Source: Candidatus Lustribacter sp. (GTDB lineage: Bacteria > Vulcanimicrobiota > Vulcanimicrobiia > Vulcanimicrobiales > Vulcanimicrobiaceae). From it: a stretch of 64,000 nucleotides of DNA. Both the position numbers and the translations under genes were made by a program. The stretch is from NCBI GenBank assembly GCA_965277805.1, contig OZ255842.1, forward strand, positions 2,528,001-2,592,000, read 5' to 3'. Shown piece after piece: positions 48,793 through 59,277 of the stretch. How positions within the stretch are numbered: the stretch's first letter is position 1; each line of letters opens with the position of its first letter. The notes under the pieces are model-generated. The model saw only the letters and a program-made list of their open reading frames with translations, searched no databases and was not told the origin of the DNA.

Positions 48793-48928
48793 ATGGCACC
48801 CTTCGCGCAATCTCCGTCAACGCATTTGGGGCCTTCCACGGATCTTCACACCGCCTTCGCTCGCCGGCGATAGCTTCAGGTTGCAAAAACACACCATCAC
48901 AACGCGCTCCGCGCTTGAGGAAATCATC

Positions 48929-49519
48929 ATGCAATCCGCCGCCGTCCGTCACATCGAGGATCCGCCTATAGCGCGCGCGCTGTTCGGAGATACACGCTTC
49001 GCCTGGATCTGGCTGATCCTCCGCGTCTACGTGGGCTGGCAATGGTTCAGCGAAGGTCTCAATAAAGTCCAGACTCCCGCGTGGGCTGGTGCGAAGGCCG
49101 GCACGTTTCTCACGGTCTGGATCGACGGAGCACTCAAGAAGACGCAGGGCGCACACGCGGACGTCCAAGGCTGGTACGGGTTTTTCCTCAGCCACGCCGT
49201 GCTGCCGCATGCCGCCTTCTGGAGCTATACCGTCTCGTACGGCGAGCTTTTCGTCGGCCTCGGTCTCATCTTCGGACTCTTCACCGGGATCGCCGCGTTC
49301 TTCGGCACGACCATGAACGCAAGCTATCTCTTAGCCGGCACGGTCAGCACGAATCCGATCTTGTTCGCCTTCGGCACGCTGCTCGTTCTCGCGTGGAAGA
49401 CCGCCGGTTACTGGGGTGCAGATCGCTTCGTCCTCGCACGTCTCGGCACGCCCTGGACAAGCACGCATACGGATTCTCGGCCCGCGAACATCACGCAGAC
49501 GCCCGCACCGGCGTCATGA
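48929..49519 (+). CDS. DoxX/DoxD-like membrane protein
   Basis: WLILRVYVGWQW, GELFVGLGLIFG, NASYLLAGTVSTNP, AGYWGAD. Confidence 0.85.
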   Translation: MQSAAVRHIEDPPIARALFGDTRFAWIWLILRVYVGWQWFSEGLNKVQTPAWAGAKAGTFLTVWIDGALKKTQGAHADVQGWYGFFLSHAVLPHAAFWSYTVSYGELFVGLGLIFGLFTGIAAFFGTTMNASYLLAGTVSTNPILFAFGTLLVLAWKTAGYWGADRFVLARLGTPWTSTHTDSRPANITQTPAPAS

Positions 49520-49764
49520 CGCCGGTCGTGGAGCGCGATCTGATCCTTGCGCCGCTGGCCTCGGCAGACCGCGTTCTCCGCGCCTTCTCCGCATCGCACC
49601 CGGAGTTTGACGGCCAGTTGGTCGTCGAGGCCGATGCCAGATTCAACGGTTTCTGGCTGATCCTCACCGGCGCATTTGCCAGACCCACCGCTCGCGCTCT
49701 CCTGCGAGAAATTCGCGTCGAAATTGAAGCCGACGCCCGCACACAAAACTCGAAAGGTTCCTAA
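49516..49764 (+). CDS. Small hypothetical protein (82 aa), possibly an internally deleted relative of 45861-46325
   Basis: ATGA overlap with doxX; stop 1 nt before adhP; PEFDGQL..LILTGAF. Confidence 0.5.
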   Translation: MTPVVERDLILAPLASADRVLRAFSASHPEFDGQLVVEADARFNGFWLILTGAFARPTARALLREIRVEIEADARTQNSKGS

Positions 49765-49765
49765 C

Positions 49766-50848
49766 ATGTCAACCATCACGATCGAACGCCGCGGCGCGCA
49801 GCCTGCGAATATCGGATACCTTCCGAAAACGATGAAGGCCGCCGTCGTGCGCGCTTTCGGTCAACCGCTCGCAATTGCGGAAGTTCCAACACCCGTTCCC
49901 GGCCCCGGCGAAGTGCTGGTAGAAGTGACGGCCTGCGGGGTTTGCCATACCGACGTTCATGCGGCCGACGGCGATTGGCCGGTTAAACCGCAGCCGCCGT
50001 TCATTCCCGGACACGAGACCGCCGGACGCGTTGTCGCCTTGGGTGTGGGAGTCGACGACTTCAAGCTGGGTGACGCGATCGGCATCGCCTGGCTCCACGA
50101 CGCATGCGGCAAGTGCGAGTTCTGCATCACCGGCTGGGAAACGTTGTGCGCCACGCAGCACGACAGCGGCTACAGCGTCGACGGCGGCTTCGCGCAATAC
50201 GCAATCGCTTCGGCGGCCTATGCCGCGCACTTGAGCGCGGACGTCGATTTCTACCAGATGGCGCCGATCTTATGTGCGGGCGTCACCACCTATAAGGGAC
50301 TCAAACAAACCGAAGCGCGACCGGGGCAGTGGGTCGCGATCTCGGGCCTCGGCGGCTTGGGTCACGTTGCCGTGCAGTACGCCAAGGCGATGGGGCTAAA
50401 CGTCGTCGGCCTCGACGTGACGCCGGAAAAACTTGCGCTGGCGCGCTCGGTGGGCGCCGACGTGACGGTGAACGCGCTCGACGCCGATGCGGCCGCGCAA
50501 GTCCTCGAGGCGACCCACGGCGGCGCGCACGGCGTGCTGGTCACGGCGCCTTCGCCGCCGGCCTTCTCGCAAGCCATCGCGTTCGCGCGCAGCAAGGGAA
50601 CAATTGCGCTGATCGGTCTCCCGCCGGGCGGATTTCAGACGCCGATCTTCGACGTCGTGCTCAAGGGCTTGACGATTCGCGGTTCGATCGTCGGCACGCG
50701 CAAGGATCTCGAGGAAGCGGTGGCCTTCGCGAGCGCCGGAAAAGTCCGGGCCGATATCCACAAAGCGAAACTCGAAGACATCAACCGGATCTTCACCGAC
50801 CTCAAGGCCGGCAAAGTCGAGGGCCGTATGGTCCTCGATCTGGCCTAA
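49766..50848 (+). CDS. adhP: Zinc-dependent alcohol dehydrogenase
   Basis: CHTD, PGHE, CxxCxxC, CAGVTTYK, GSIVGTR, GRMVLD. Confidence 0.93.
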   Translation: MSTITIERRGAQPANIGYLPKTMKAAVVRAFGQPLAIAEVPTPVPGPGEVLVEVTACGVCHTDVHAADGDWPVKPQPPFIPGHETAGRVVALGVGVDDFKLGDAIGIAWLHDACGKCEFCITGWETLCATQHDSGYSVDGGFAQYAIASAAYAAHLSADVDFYQMAPILCAGVTTYKGLKQTEARPGQWVAISGLGGLGHVAVQYAKAMGLNVVGLDVTPEKLALARSVGADVTVNALDADAAAQVLEATHGGAHGVLVTAPSPPAFSQAIAFARSKGTIALIGLPPGGFQTPIFDVVLKGLTIRGSIVGTRKDLEEAVAFASAGKVRADIHKAKLEDINRIFTDLKAGKVEGRMVLDLA

Positions 50849-52548
50849 GTTTGAATGCCGGCGCGTGCGCTGAGCTTGCGGCCGATGATGGCGACGCCGA
50901 TTGCCATCGCGGCCGAGATCACGCCGACGACCGCACCGTTCTCGATCGAACCGTTGGTCGCGTAATCGAGCACCAAGAGCGAGAGCGGACGCGTCGTCGG
51001 CGTGGCGAGCAAGATCATCGTGCTGATGTCTTTCACGCAGCCGACGAACACGAACAGCGCGACCGTCACCGCGGTCGGTGAGAGCAGCGGCAAGAGCACG
51101 CGCCGGTAGAGTTCCCACCAGCCCGCACCCGAGGTGAACGCCGCTTCTTCGAGCTCGAGCCCGATGCGCGCGATGCCGTTCTTCATCAGGTTCACGCCGC
51201 CGGGCATTTCCTTGAAGAGCATCGCGATGACGAGACCGGCCACCGAACCGTAGAGAACGTTGAGGATCGGGAAGCCGAGGTAGATCCACAAGAGCGAGAG
51301 GCTCAGCAAGATGCCGGGAATCGACCACGGCAGCCACGCCGCGACGTCGAGAACCTGCCGGCCCGCGGCTTTCGTGCGCAAGATGATGTAGGCGATCAGC
51401 GAGAAGCAGATCACGCCCGCGATCGCCGTGAAAATACCCAGCAGCAGCGTCGTCGTGAACGATGAGAGGAACACCGGATCGTGCAGCACGGTGTTCCAGT
51501 GGCTCGTCGTAAAGCCGAAGCCGCCGGCCGCGTTGGTCACGCCGAAGATCTCCATGAACGAGCCGACGACGAGCGTGATCGTCGGAACGAGCACCGCGAG
51601 GCCGGCAAAGCCGCCGCAGAAGAGCGTGGCCGGCCAACGCCAGCGGCCGAGATCGACTGCCGGCGCGGCGGCGAGCTTCCCGGTCAGCGTCGCATAGGAG
51701 CGCCCGCGGACGACACGCTGGTACCACAGCGCCAGCGCGATCAGCAAGATCACGAACGGAACGCTCAGCGCCATCGCCGGCGCGTAGCGCGGCGGCTCGT
51801 ACACGACCAGTTCCTGAATCTTGGTCGAGAACACGCGGATGCCGGCCGGAACGCCGAGGAACAACTCGACCTCGAACCCCTCGAGGCTGCGGATCAGCGC
51901 GATGATGCCGGCCATCGTCAACGCCGGCGCGAGCAGCGGCAACACGACGCGCCGGAACGACTCCATGAGGCTCGCGCCCGACATGCGCGCGCTCTCTTCG
52001 AGCACGGGATTCAGGCCGCGGAATGCCGGTCCCAGCAGCAGCACGATCGCGGGCACCGTCGTCGTCACGAGATGCACCCACGTGATGCCGGTATAGGAGT
52101 AGATGTTGAACGGGCCATGCTGCAGTCCGAACACCGGCTGTAAGATGCGGTTGATCCAGCCCGACTTCGGATCGAGCAACAGCGCCCACGCCATCGCCAT
52201 CGGCAGCGTGGGCAAAAAGAACGCGGTCCAAATCAGGAACTCGATCGAGCGACGCCAGCGCACGTTGGTGCGAATCACGAGCCACGCCAGCACGCTGCCG
52301 AGCAAGAGCGCGATCGGCACGCGCATGAGCACGAGTAAGAACGTATTTGCGATCGCCTGCCACACCGACGCGGTTGAAAACGCGCTCGTCCAGCCGCTGG
52401 TTCCCCAAACGGTCGGATTGCCCGGCAGCGAGGTACGGAAGCTGCCGACCAGCGTGATGATCACGGGCGCGATCGCAAATGCGGTCACGATGATGACGGG
52501 CAGCGTCAACAGCGCGTTCGTGCGCTGCCCTTCGGTGGTTCTTACCAC
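50845..52548 (-). CDS. ABC permease with two BPD_transp_1 domains (FbpB/ThiP-like)
   Basis: LEESARMSGA and LEEAAFTSGA EAA loops; GTG start overlaps the upstream stop. Confidence 0.88.
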   Translation of the reverse strand: MVRTTEGQRTNALLTLPVIIVTAFAIAPVIITLVGSFRTSLPGNPTVWGTSGWTSAFSTASVWQAIANTFLLVLMRVPIALLLGSVLAWLVIRTNVRWRRSIEFLIWTAFFLPTLPMAMAWALLLDPKSGWINRILQPVFGLQHGPFNIYSYTGITWVHLVTTTVPAIVLLLGPAFRGLNPVLEESARMSGASLMESFRRVVLPLLAPALTMAGIIALIRSLEGFEVELFLGVPAGIRVFSTKIQELVVYEPPRYAPAMALSVPFVILLIALALWYQRVVRGRSYATLTGKLAAAPAVDLGRWRWPATLFCGGFAGLAVLVPTITLVVGSFMEIFGVTNAAGGFGFTTSHWNTVLHDPVFLSSFTTTLLLGIFTAIAGVICFSLIAYIILRTKAAGRQVLDVAAWLPWSIPGILLSLSLLWIYLGFPILNVLYGSVAGLVIAMLFKEMPGGVNLMKNGIARIGLELEEAAFTSGAGWWELYRRVLLPLLSPTAVTVALFVFVGCVKDISTMILLATPTTRPLSLLVLDYATNGSIENGAVVGVISAAMAIGVAIIGRKLSARAGIQT

Positions 52549-53741
52549 GTGCCGACGGCGTTCGCGGGGGACTGGTAGCTGAGCCTCAGTTCGCGGCGCT
52601 GGGCCGCCGACTCGAGAATCGCCACGCAAACCTCGAGCGTGGCCCGGCCCCAGGCGGCATCGAGAAACGGCTCGCGCTCACCGGCCAGCGCGTCGGCCAG
52701 TTCCATCAGCTCCGCCGCGCCGCGCAGATAGCCCGCACCGCAGGCGAGTTCGCGCCGGCCGTTGCGGTCGTAAACGTACACGCCGTCGGGCGATTGGCGC
52801 ACGACGCCGCGTTCGCAATGCACGATGGTTAGGCCGAAGAAGGGTGGTTTGCGCAACGAACGTTTGTCTTCGCCGCCGTCACGGCCGCGCCCGTACGGAT
52901 CGCCGGCCTGTTGGAAACGCCACTTCTCCTCGGGCGACATCGGCGCGCGGCGTTCGGCCGGCCGCACCGAGCCCGCGTCGAGCGTGCGGTAACCGCTTTC
53001 ACCGATGCCCCAGGTCAAATCTACGATGTCGAAATACCCCTGCGCGTTGAAGACGAGCGTTGCCGCCGCGCCGTCGTCGAACGTCAGCAGCGCGGTGTAG
53101 TCGGATTCGGTCGCGGGCGAACCCGCCTCGCGCCGCGCCGTCACCGCGCGCACGCTGCTCACCGGGCTGCCGGCGAGGTAACGCACGATATCGATTTGGT
53201 GCGGAGCCTGACGAAACACCGGACCCGTGCCGAGATCGGTGCGTTCTTCAGCCGGAGTGCGCGGCCGGATCAGCCAGTCGTTGAAGTTCCACGTATTGAT
53301 CTGCGTGACGCGGCCGAGCTCGCCGCTCTTGATGACCTCTCGCATGCGCCGCAATACCGAATAGTAGATCTTCGAGTGCCCCTGGACGTACTTCACGCTG
53401 GCGGCCTTAACCGCCGACACGATCGCGTTGCACTCATCAATCGTCGTCGCCATCGGCTTCTCGCACACGACGTGCTTGCCGTGGTTCGCCGCCAGCACCG
53501 CATGCTTCGCGTGAAACTCGTTCGGCGTCGCGATCCAAACAACGTCGACATCGTCGCACGCCGCGAGCGCTTCGACCGAATCGAACAGGTGCACGCCGGG
53601 ATGCCGCGTGCCGAACGCGCGCAGGGCGTCGGCGCGCACGTCGGCGACGGCCGTGAGCCGGACGGTATCGGCGATCGCGCCGATATTCGGCAGCACCTGC
53701 TCTGCCGCGATGCCGATACCGGCGATGCCGAGACGCAGCAC
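52542..53741 (-). CDS. Gfo/Idh/MocA oxidoreductase (phthalate dihydrodiol dehydrogenase-like)
   Basis: IATPNEFH, CEKPMA, DWLIRPR.P.E, QAPHQIDIVR. Confidence 0.85.
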   Translation of the reverse strand: MLRLGIAGIGIAAEQVLPNIGAIADTVRLTAVADVRADALRAFGTRHPGVHLFDSVEALAACDDVDVVWIATPNEFHAKHAVLAANHGKHVVCEKPMATTIDECNAIVSAVKAASVKYVQGHSKIYYSVLRRMREVIKSGELGRVTQINTWNFNDWLIRPRTPAEERTDLGTGPVFRQAPHQIDIVRYLAGSPVSSVRAVTARREAGSPATESDYTALLTFDDGAAATLVFNAQGYFDIVDLTWGIGESGYRTLDAGSVRPAERRAPMSPEEKWRFQQAGDPYGRGRDGGEDKRSLRKPPFFGLTIVHCERGVVRQSPDGVYVYDRNGRRELACGAGYLRGAAELMELADALAGEREPFLDAAWGRATLEVCVAILESAAQRRELRLSYQSPANAVGTW

Positions 53742-53743
53742 CG

Positions 53744-54913
53744 CTACGAGGTCTTTGCTGCGCCGCTACCGACCGCTTCGAGGCGGTTGAGGCTGTGCGT
53801 GGAGAACTCGATGATCTCGTTCTTGGCCGGATCGCGCAGGATAGCCATCGGTTCGCCGCCGGCCTCGACGATGGCGATCTGCTCGTCGAGCAGTTTCCGT
53901 AACATCACGATGCCGACGTCGGTCACGCCGAGATGCTCTTGCGAGCGGTCGTAGATTGCGCCCTGCGTTTCCCACGCCATGCGATCTTGGCTGTTGAAGC
54001 TGTCGAGCGCGTACTCGCCGTCGGGACCTTTGTCGTCGGGCATGTACTGCATCGGCACGACCGCCTGCGGCGGTTCCTCGAGCCCGGTGTCGTTCGGCTG
54101 GAACTGCATCACGATGATCCGCGTGCTGGTGTCGTCGATCGGCACGCGCCAATGCTGGCGCTCGTTGCGGCCTTCGGGAATGCGCAGGATGTTCGGGAAG
54201 ATCAACGGCGGACGGATCTCTTCGCCCGGATGATCGCCGCCGTAGAACAGCGTCTTCGTAATGCCCCACTCGCAGAGTGAGAAGTCGTACTTCACGATCG
54301 GCCGGTAGTAGTACGCGGCCGACTCCCACTTGATCCCCTTCTGCGCCATCGTGTGACCGTGCAGATAGTAGGTGTGGGTCGTGTCGGCGGTGTTCTCTTG
54401 CGCTTGCAGCCAGTTACACGTGAGGTCCGGCCGGATCTCGATCAGGCGCGTGCCGTCCTTGCGCACGAGCGTGTCCCAGCGGGGCAAGAGCGGCGCCGGC
54501 AGCGGACCCATATAGACGAAGAGCAAACCGCCGAGTTCTTGCACCGGATAAGCGCGCTGACGCACGCGGTCCTTGAACGTGCTGTCCTTCGGTTCGAAGG
54601 GCTGCTCGACGCAACGGCCGTCGCGCTCGAACTTCCAGCCGTGGTAGGCGCAGCGGATCGCGCTGCCTTCCAGAAAACCGTAGTACAGCGAGCAGCCGCG
54701 GTGCGTGCAGTGTTCGGTCACGCAACCGAAGTTGCCGTCGTCGCCGCGGTACACGACCAGGTCCTCGCCCATCACCTTGATGCGCTTCTTCGGCCGCTCG
54801 TCGGTGAAGTCGCAGGCCGGCCACAAGGCCTGCCAGTAGCGGCGCAACAGTTGACCGCCGGGCGTATTTGCGCCGGTTTGGGTGAGGCGCGCGTTCTTCT
54901 CCGCTGACAGCAT
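53744..54913 (-). CDS. Rieske non-heme iron oxygenase (phthalate 4,5-dioxygenase/LigX group)
   Basis: LLRRYW, CTHRG, CAYHGWKF, CNWLQAQEN..D..H...LH, QDRMAWETQG. Confidence 0.9.
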   Translation of the reverse strand: MLSAEKNARLTQTGANTPGGQLLRRYWQALWPACDFTDERPKKRIKVMGEDLVVYRGDDGNFGCVTEHCTHRGCSLYYGFLEGSAIRCAYHGWKFERDGRCVEQPFEPKDSTFKDRVRQRAYPVQELGGLLFVYMGPLPAPLLPRWDTLVRKDGTRLIEIRPDLTCNWLQAQENTADTTHTYYLHGHTMAQKGIKWESAAYYYRPIVKYDFSLCEWGITKTLFYGGDHPGEEIRPPLIFPNILRIPEGRNERQHWRVPIDDTSTRIIVMQFQPNDTGLEEPPQAVVPMQYMPDDKGPDGEYALDSFNSQDRMAWETQGAIYDRSQEHLGVTDVGIVMLRKLLDEQIAIVEAGGEPMAILRDPAKNEIIEFSTHSLNRLEAVGSGAAKTS

Positions 54914-54916
54914 CGT

Positions 54917-55792
54917 CTAGACCGGCGCGGTGACGCGCGCCCCGAAGAACGCGAGCGCGATATCGTTGAAGCGATCCGACTCGTCGTTCTGCGCTTGATG
55001 GCCCGAGTTCTCGAGCATCTCGAACGTGACGTTGGGCAACATCTTCTGCAGCGTGTCGGCGAACTCGGGCGGCGCGAAACTGTCCTTGGCGCCCCACACC
55101 ATGTGCATCGGGATCGTGAGCTGCGGCAAACGGTGCTTCAGCTCGAAACGCTGCCATTCGTTGGGATCGGTCTTGAGCGAGTTGCGATACTGCCCTTGCA
55201 GCCTGTGGACTTTGTCGTGGCCCGGCAAGGCGGCCATCTGCACGCGATCGGCGATCAGTTCGTCGGTGATCTTGCTATGATCGTGAACGATGATCTCCAT
55301 GAAGCTGCGCATCGCCTCGGGCGTGCCGTCGTAAGCTTGGAGTTTCTTCATGCCGCCCATCTGGGCGTCGTTGCGCTCGAGCCCCATGGCGAGCGCGATG
55401 CTGCCGCTGCTGATCATGAGCAGCTTCTTGACGCGCTTGGGCTGATCGACGGTCAATTTGGCCGCCATGTACGCACCGCGCGAATTCCCGCAGAGATAGA
55501 CCTTATCCAGACACAATGCGTCGAGAAAGCCCAGCAGGTGATCGACGGAATCTTGATCGCTGCAGCTTTCGGTGGGTTTGTCGGTCAGACCGAATCCCAG
55601 CGTATCGAGCGCGTACACGCGAAAGTGTTTCGCGAGCACCGGGATCGTTTGCCGCCAACCGGCCCAACCGTAGGCACCCGGACCGGCACCGTGCACGAAC
55701 ACGATCGGCTCACCGCTGCCGGCCTCGACGTAATGGGTTTTGATCCCGCGCACATCGACAAACGATGAGAGCACGCCCTCGGGCAACTGCAT
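54917..55792 (-). CDS. Alpha/beta hydrolase (MhpC/BphD meta-cleavage hydrolase-like)
   Basis: HGAGPGA, GFG, GNSRG nucleophile motif, WG..D, GH. Confidence 0.85.
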   Translation of the reverse strand: MQLPEGVLSSFVDVRGIKTHYVEAGSGEPIVFVHGAGPGAYGWAGWRQTIPVLAKHFRVYALDTLGFGLTDKPTESCSDQDSVDHLLGFLDALCLDKVYLCGNSRGAYMAAKLTVDQPKRVKKLLMISSGSIALAMGLERNDAQMGGMKKLQAYDGTPEAMRSFMEIIVHDHSKITDELIADRVQMAALPGHDKVHRLQGQYRNSLKTDPNEWQRFELKHRLPQLTIPMHMVWGAKDSFAPPEFADTLQKMLPNVTFEMLENSGHQAQNDESDRFNDIALAFFGARVTAPV

Positions 55793-55905
55793 AGAACTGG
55801 GTCCTTTCGTCGAAGGGGGTCAATTCGGCGCGACGAAACCGGTCCGGTCCGTGATAACCTAAATCGCCTAAGCAGTTTTCGCGGCGGTAGAAAGGCACCC
55901 TCCAA

Positions 55906-57027
55906 ATGTCCGAGCTTCAGTCATTGAACCGTCTGATGAACCGTCGCGCTGCCATCGCGGGCACTGGTGCCGCGCTGCTCGCGGCGGCAGCAAGCCGCCC
56001 CGCGTTTGCTCAAGCCGGCGCGATGACCGCGCTCGTTAACGCTGCGAAAGCTGAAGGCGCCGTCGTGGTCGACGGTCCACCGATCGATGCGACGCGTGAC
56101 GTGCTCGTCAGCGGCTTTCAAAAAGCCTACGGCATCCCGGTGACCTACATCAGCAGCGGAACGTCGGCCAGCGGTGCGCGCGTGCGCTCCGAACGCGCCG
56201 CCGGCAAGTACCTGCTCGACGTGTTCATCAGCGGCAGCGACACACCGGTGCTGACGTTTCTGCCCGGCGGCTGGCTCGATCGCATCGAGCCGATCCTCGT
56301 CTCGCCCGAAGTGATCAACAAGCGCAACTGGAAAGACGGACATCTCTGGTACGCGGATCCGAACAACACGATTTTGCGCGTGCTCTCGAACGTCGTCCCC
56401 GAAATGGCCATCAACACGAAGATGATCAAGCGCGGCGAGATCACCAAATGGAAAGACTTGCTCGAGCCCAAGTGGCAGGGGAAGTATGTGGTGAAGGACC
56501 CGGCCAGTTCCGGCGCCGGTAATTCGCTGACCAGCTACTTCTATATCGAGTTCGGTGCCGACTTCGTGAAGAAGTTCTATCAAGAGCAGAAGCCGGTGTT
56601 TTCGAACAATGCGCGCCAAGCGGCGCAATGGCTCGCGCAAGGCAACTATCCGGTCACCATCGGCACCGACATCGCGGAGCTGATGCGCTTCCAGCAACAG
56701 GGCTACCCGATCGAACCCATCTTCCCGACCGATGCGCCGAGCGTGCTCACCGGCAGCTGGGGTCTCGTCTGCCTCATGAACAAAGCACCGCACTCCAACG
56801 CCGCCAAATTGTTCATCAACTGGCTCGCCGGCACGAGCGCGCAAGCCGCCTTCGCCCCATCGACGCAATCGCTCAGCCTGCGCACCGACGTGCAGTACGA
56901 GAAAGACTTGCCGCCGTTCATCTTTCCGCAAAAGGGGACCAAGTACTTGGACACCTACGACTACAAATACATCACCGAGCAGCGTAACAGCGCCAGTGAC
57001 AAAGTCCGCGAGCTGCTCGGCGAATGA
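55906..57027 (+). CDS. Tat-exported ABC substrate-binding protein (paralog 1)
   Basis: NRRAAI; AAKAEG, W.DLL.PKWQGK, APH.NAAKLFINW. Confidence 0.88.
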   Translation: MSELQSLNRLMNRRAAIAGTGAALLAAAASRPAFAQAGAMTALVNAAKAEGAVVVDGPPIDATRDVLVSGFQKAYGIPVTYISSGTSASGARVRSERAAGKYLLDVFISGSDTPVLTFLPGGWLDRIEPILVSPEVINKRNWKDGHLWYADPNNTILRVLSNVVPEMAINTKMIKRGEITKWKDLLEPKWQGKYVVKDPASSGAGNSLTSYFYIEFGADFVKKFYQEQKPVFSNNARQAAQWLAQGNYPVTIGTDIAELMRFQQQGYPIEPIFPTDAPSVLTGSWGLVCLMNKAPHSNAAKLFINWLAGTSAQAAFAPSTQSLSLRTDVQYEKDLPPFIFPQKGTKYLDTYDYKYITEQRNSASDKVRELLGE

Positions 57028-58184
57028 CGCAGCAAGCAACGAAACCCGCGCGGAAGATCAACCAGCCGGCGTATCAAAAGTGGATGGACGCGCAAGAGAT
57101 TCCGATTCACCGCGGTTACGGCATGCACGACGTGCGCGTGCTCGAGCGTAAGCCATGGAAGCTCACCGGCACTCCCGGCGCGTTCATCGATCTCGTCGGC
57201 ATGGAGGGCTTCTCCGGCATGCACGTGGTGGAGATTCCGCCCGGCGGCGCCATCACGAAGCAGCGTCACCTCTATCAGCAGCTGATCTGCATCCTCGAGG
57301 GCCACGGTACGGCCGAAGTCTGGCTCGATGAAGCTCCCGACAAAAAGCTCACGTTTGAGTGGGGACCGTGGAGCCTCTTCTCGCCGCCGGCCAACTCATC
57401 GTACCGGCTCTACAACGTCGGCAATACGCCGGTGATCTATCTCGGCGTCAACGATGCGCCGATGATGATCGACCTCTTTCACAACCTCGACTTCATCTTC
57501 AACAACCCCTACGTGTTCCGCGATCGCTTCAACGGTGCCGACGCCGAATATTTCACCCGGGAAGAACGGATTCTCGAAGGCTCCGGCGTGATGTGGCAGA
57601 CGAACTTCATCGACAACGTGAGCGAGGCGCTGGTCGACGCGCAAGAAGCGAAGGGCGCAGGCGTCAAGATCACCGTGTTCGACATGGCGCAGAACTCGTT
57701 CGCCGGTCATCTCACCGAGTGGCCCGTCGGCCGCTATCACAAGGCGCATCACCATCAGGGCGGCGCGATCTTGCTGATCGCGCGCTCGGAGGGCTACAGC
57801 TTGATGTGGCCTCAGGAATTGGGCGTCCGGCCGTACGAAAACCATTTCGAAGATCAGATCGTGCGGCTCGACTGGGGCTTGTACTCCGTGTTCTGCCCGC
57901 CGACGAAGTGGTTCCACCAGCACTTCAACACCGGCAACGAAACGGCGCGGCAGTTGGCCTTCCGTCCCGGCGGCAGCTCGAACAATCCGACGGGCTTCCG
58001 CCGTTCGGGCACGCGCGTCGTGAACGGCAAGCTCGGTGTGTACGTCAGCTACCGCGAGGGCGGCACGCTGATCGAGTATGAAGACGAGGATCCGCGGATC
58101 AAAACCGACTACGAGAAGATCCTCGGCGACGCCGGCATCGAGTCGAAGATGCCCGCCTTCAACTACAACACCGACGTGCGATGA
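57024..58184 (+). CDS. Double-cupin protein of unknown function
   Basis: FEWGPWS, WQTNF, YHKAHHH, GYSLMW, FHQHF, GGTLIEYEDEDP. Confidence 0.78.
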   Translation: MTQQATKPARKINQPAYQKWMDAQEIPIHRGYGMHDVRVLERKPWKLTGTPGAFIDLVGMEGFSGMHVVEIPPGGAITKQRHLYQQLICILEGHGTAEVWLDEAPDKKLTFEWGPWSLFSPPANSSYRLYNVGNTPVIYLGVNDAPMMIDLFHNLDFIFNNPYVFRDRFNGADAEYFTREERILEGSGVMWQTNFIDNVSEALVDAQEAKGAGVKITVFDMAQNSFAGHLTEWPVGRYHKAHHHQGGAILLIARSEGYSLMWPQELGVRPYENHFEDQIVRLDWGLYSVFCPPTKWFHQHFNTGNETARQLAFRPGGSSNNPTGFRRSGTRVVNGKLGVYVSYREGGTLIEYEDEDPRIKTDYEKILGDAGIESKMPAFNYNTDVR

Positions 58185-59269
58185 TCTCGATCCACGGTCT
58201 CGTTAAACGCTACGCGGGCCGTGATATCACCCGCAACGCCGTCAACGGCATCTCGTTCGAGGTGCCCGACGGCCAGCTGTTCACGTTGCTCGGACCGAGC
58301 GGCTGCGGCAAGACGACGACGCTGCGGATGATCGCTGGCCTCGAGCGGCCCGATGCGGGCGAGATCAGCATCGCCGGCAAGCACGTTTACGACGCGAAGC
58401 AGAACATCGCGGTACCGGCCAACAAACGGCCGATCGGCATGGTTTTCCAATCTTATGCGGTGTGGCCGCACATGACGGTGTTCGAGAACGTCTCGTTCCC
58501 GCTGACCGTCGGCAAGAACAAACCGGCCAAAGACGTCGTGCGCGAAAAAACCGAACGCGCGCTCGAACTCGTGGGCTTGGCGGAGTACGCGTCGCGCTCG
58601 GCAACCGCGCTCTCCGGCGGCCAGCAGCAACGCGTCGCTTTGGCGCGCGCGCTCGTGCGCGAACCGGAGATCCTGCTGCTCGACGAACCGCTCAGCAACC
58701 TCGATGCGCAGTTGCGCGAACGGATGCGCGAAGAGATCCGCGAGGTCCAGCAAAAACTCGGCATCACGGCCGTCTACGTTACCCACGATCAAAACGAGGC
58801 GCTGGCCATCTCCGACTGCATCATGCTGATGGAGCAGGGCGAGATCGTCGAACTCGGCGAGCCGCAGCAGATCTACCGTTCGCCGCGTTCGGCCTTCACC
58901 GCCACGTTCGTCGGCGTGGCCAACGAGCTCGCCGGAACCGTCGAGCGCACCAGCGGCGCGACGAACATCGTGACCTCGCACGGCAGCGTCAGCGGCGTTG
59001 CGGGTAACGACCTCACTCACGGACAGAGCGTGCAGCTCTTTCTGCGCCCGGAAGACTTCGTGCTGCACCGCGACCGCCCGGCTAAGGACGTGTGGACCGG
59101 AACGGTGTCGTTCTGCATCTATCAAGGTGACTGCTGGGACTATCACGTTGAGTCGGCCGGTACGCTGCTGCGCGTGCGCGTGCACAAAGAGAAGGCGGGC
59201 CTCAAGCGCGGCGACGTCGTGTTCCTCGAACCCGATCCGAACGCCGCCGTCGTCATGCTCGCGCCCTAA
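58181..59269 (+). CDS. ABC ATPase (PotA/FbpC type)
   Basis: GPSGCGKTT, LSGGQQQRVALARAL, VTHDQ, TOBE-like tail. Confidence 0.93.
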   Translation: MISIHGLVKRYAGRDITRNAVNGISFEVPDGQLFTLLGPSGCGKTTTLRMIAGLERPDAGEISIAGKHVYDAKQNIAVPANKRPIGMVFQSYAVWPHMTVFENVSFPLTVGKNKPAKDVVREKTERALELVGLAEYASRSATALSGGQQQRVALARALVREPEILLLDEPLSNLDAQLRERMREEIREVQQKLGITAVYVTHDQNEALAISDCIMLMEQGEIVELGEPQQIYRSPRSAFTATFVGVANELAGTVERTSGATNIVTSHGSVSGVAGNDLTHGQSVQLFLRPEDFVLHRDRPAKDVWTGTVSFCIYQGDCWDYHVESAGTLLRVRVHKEKAGLKRGDVVFLEPDPNAAVVMLAP

Positions 59270-59277
59270 CGGCGCCG

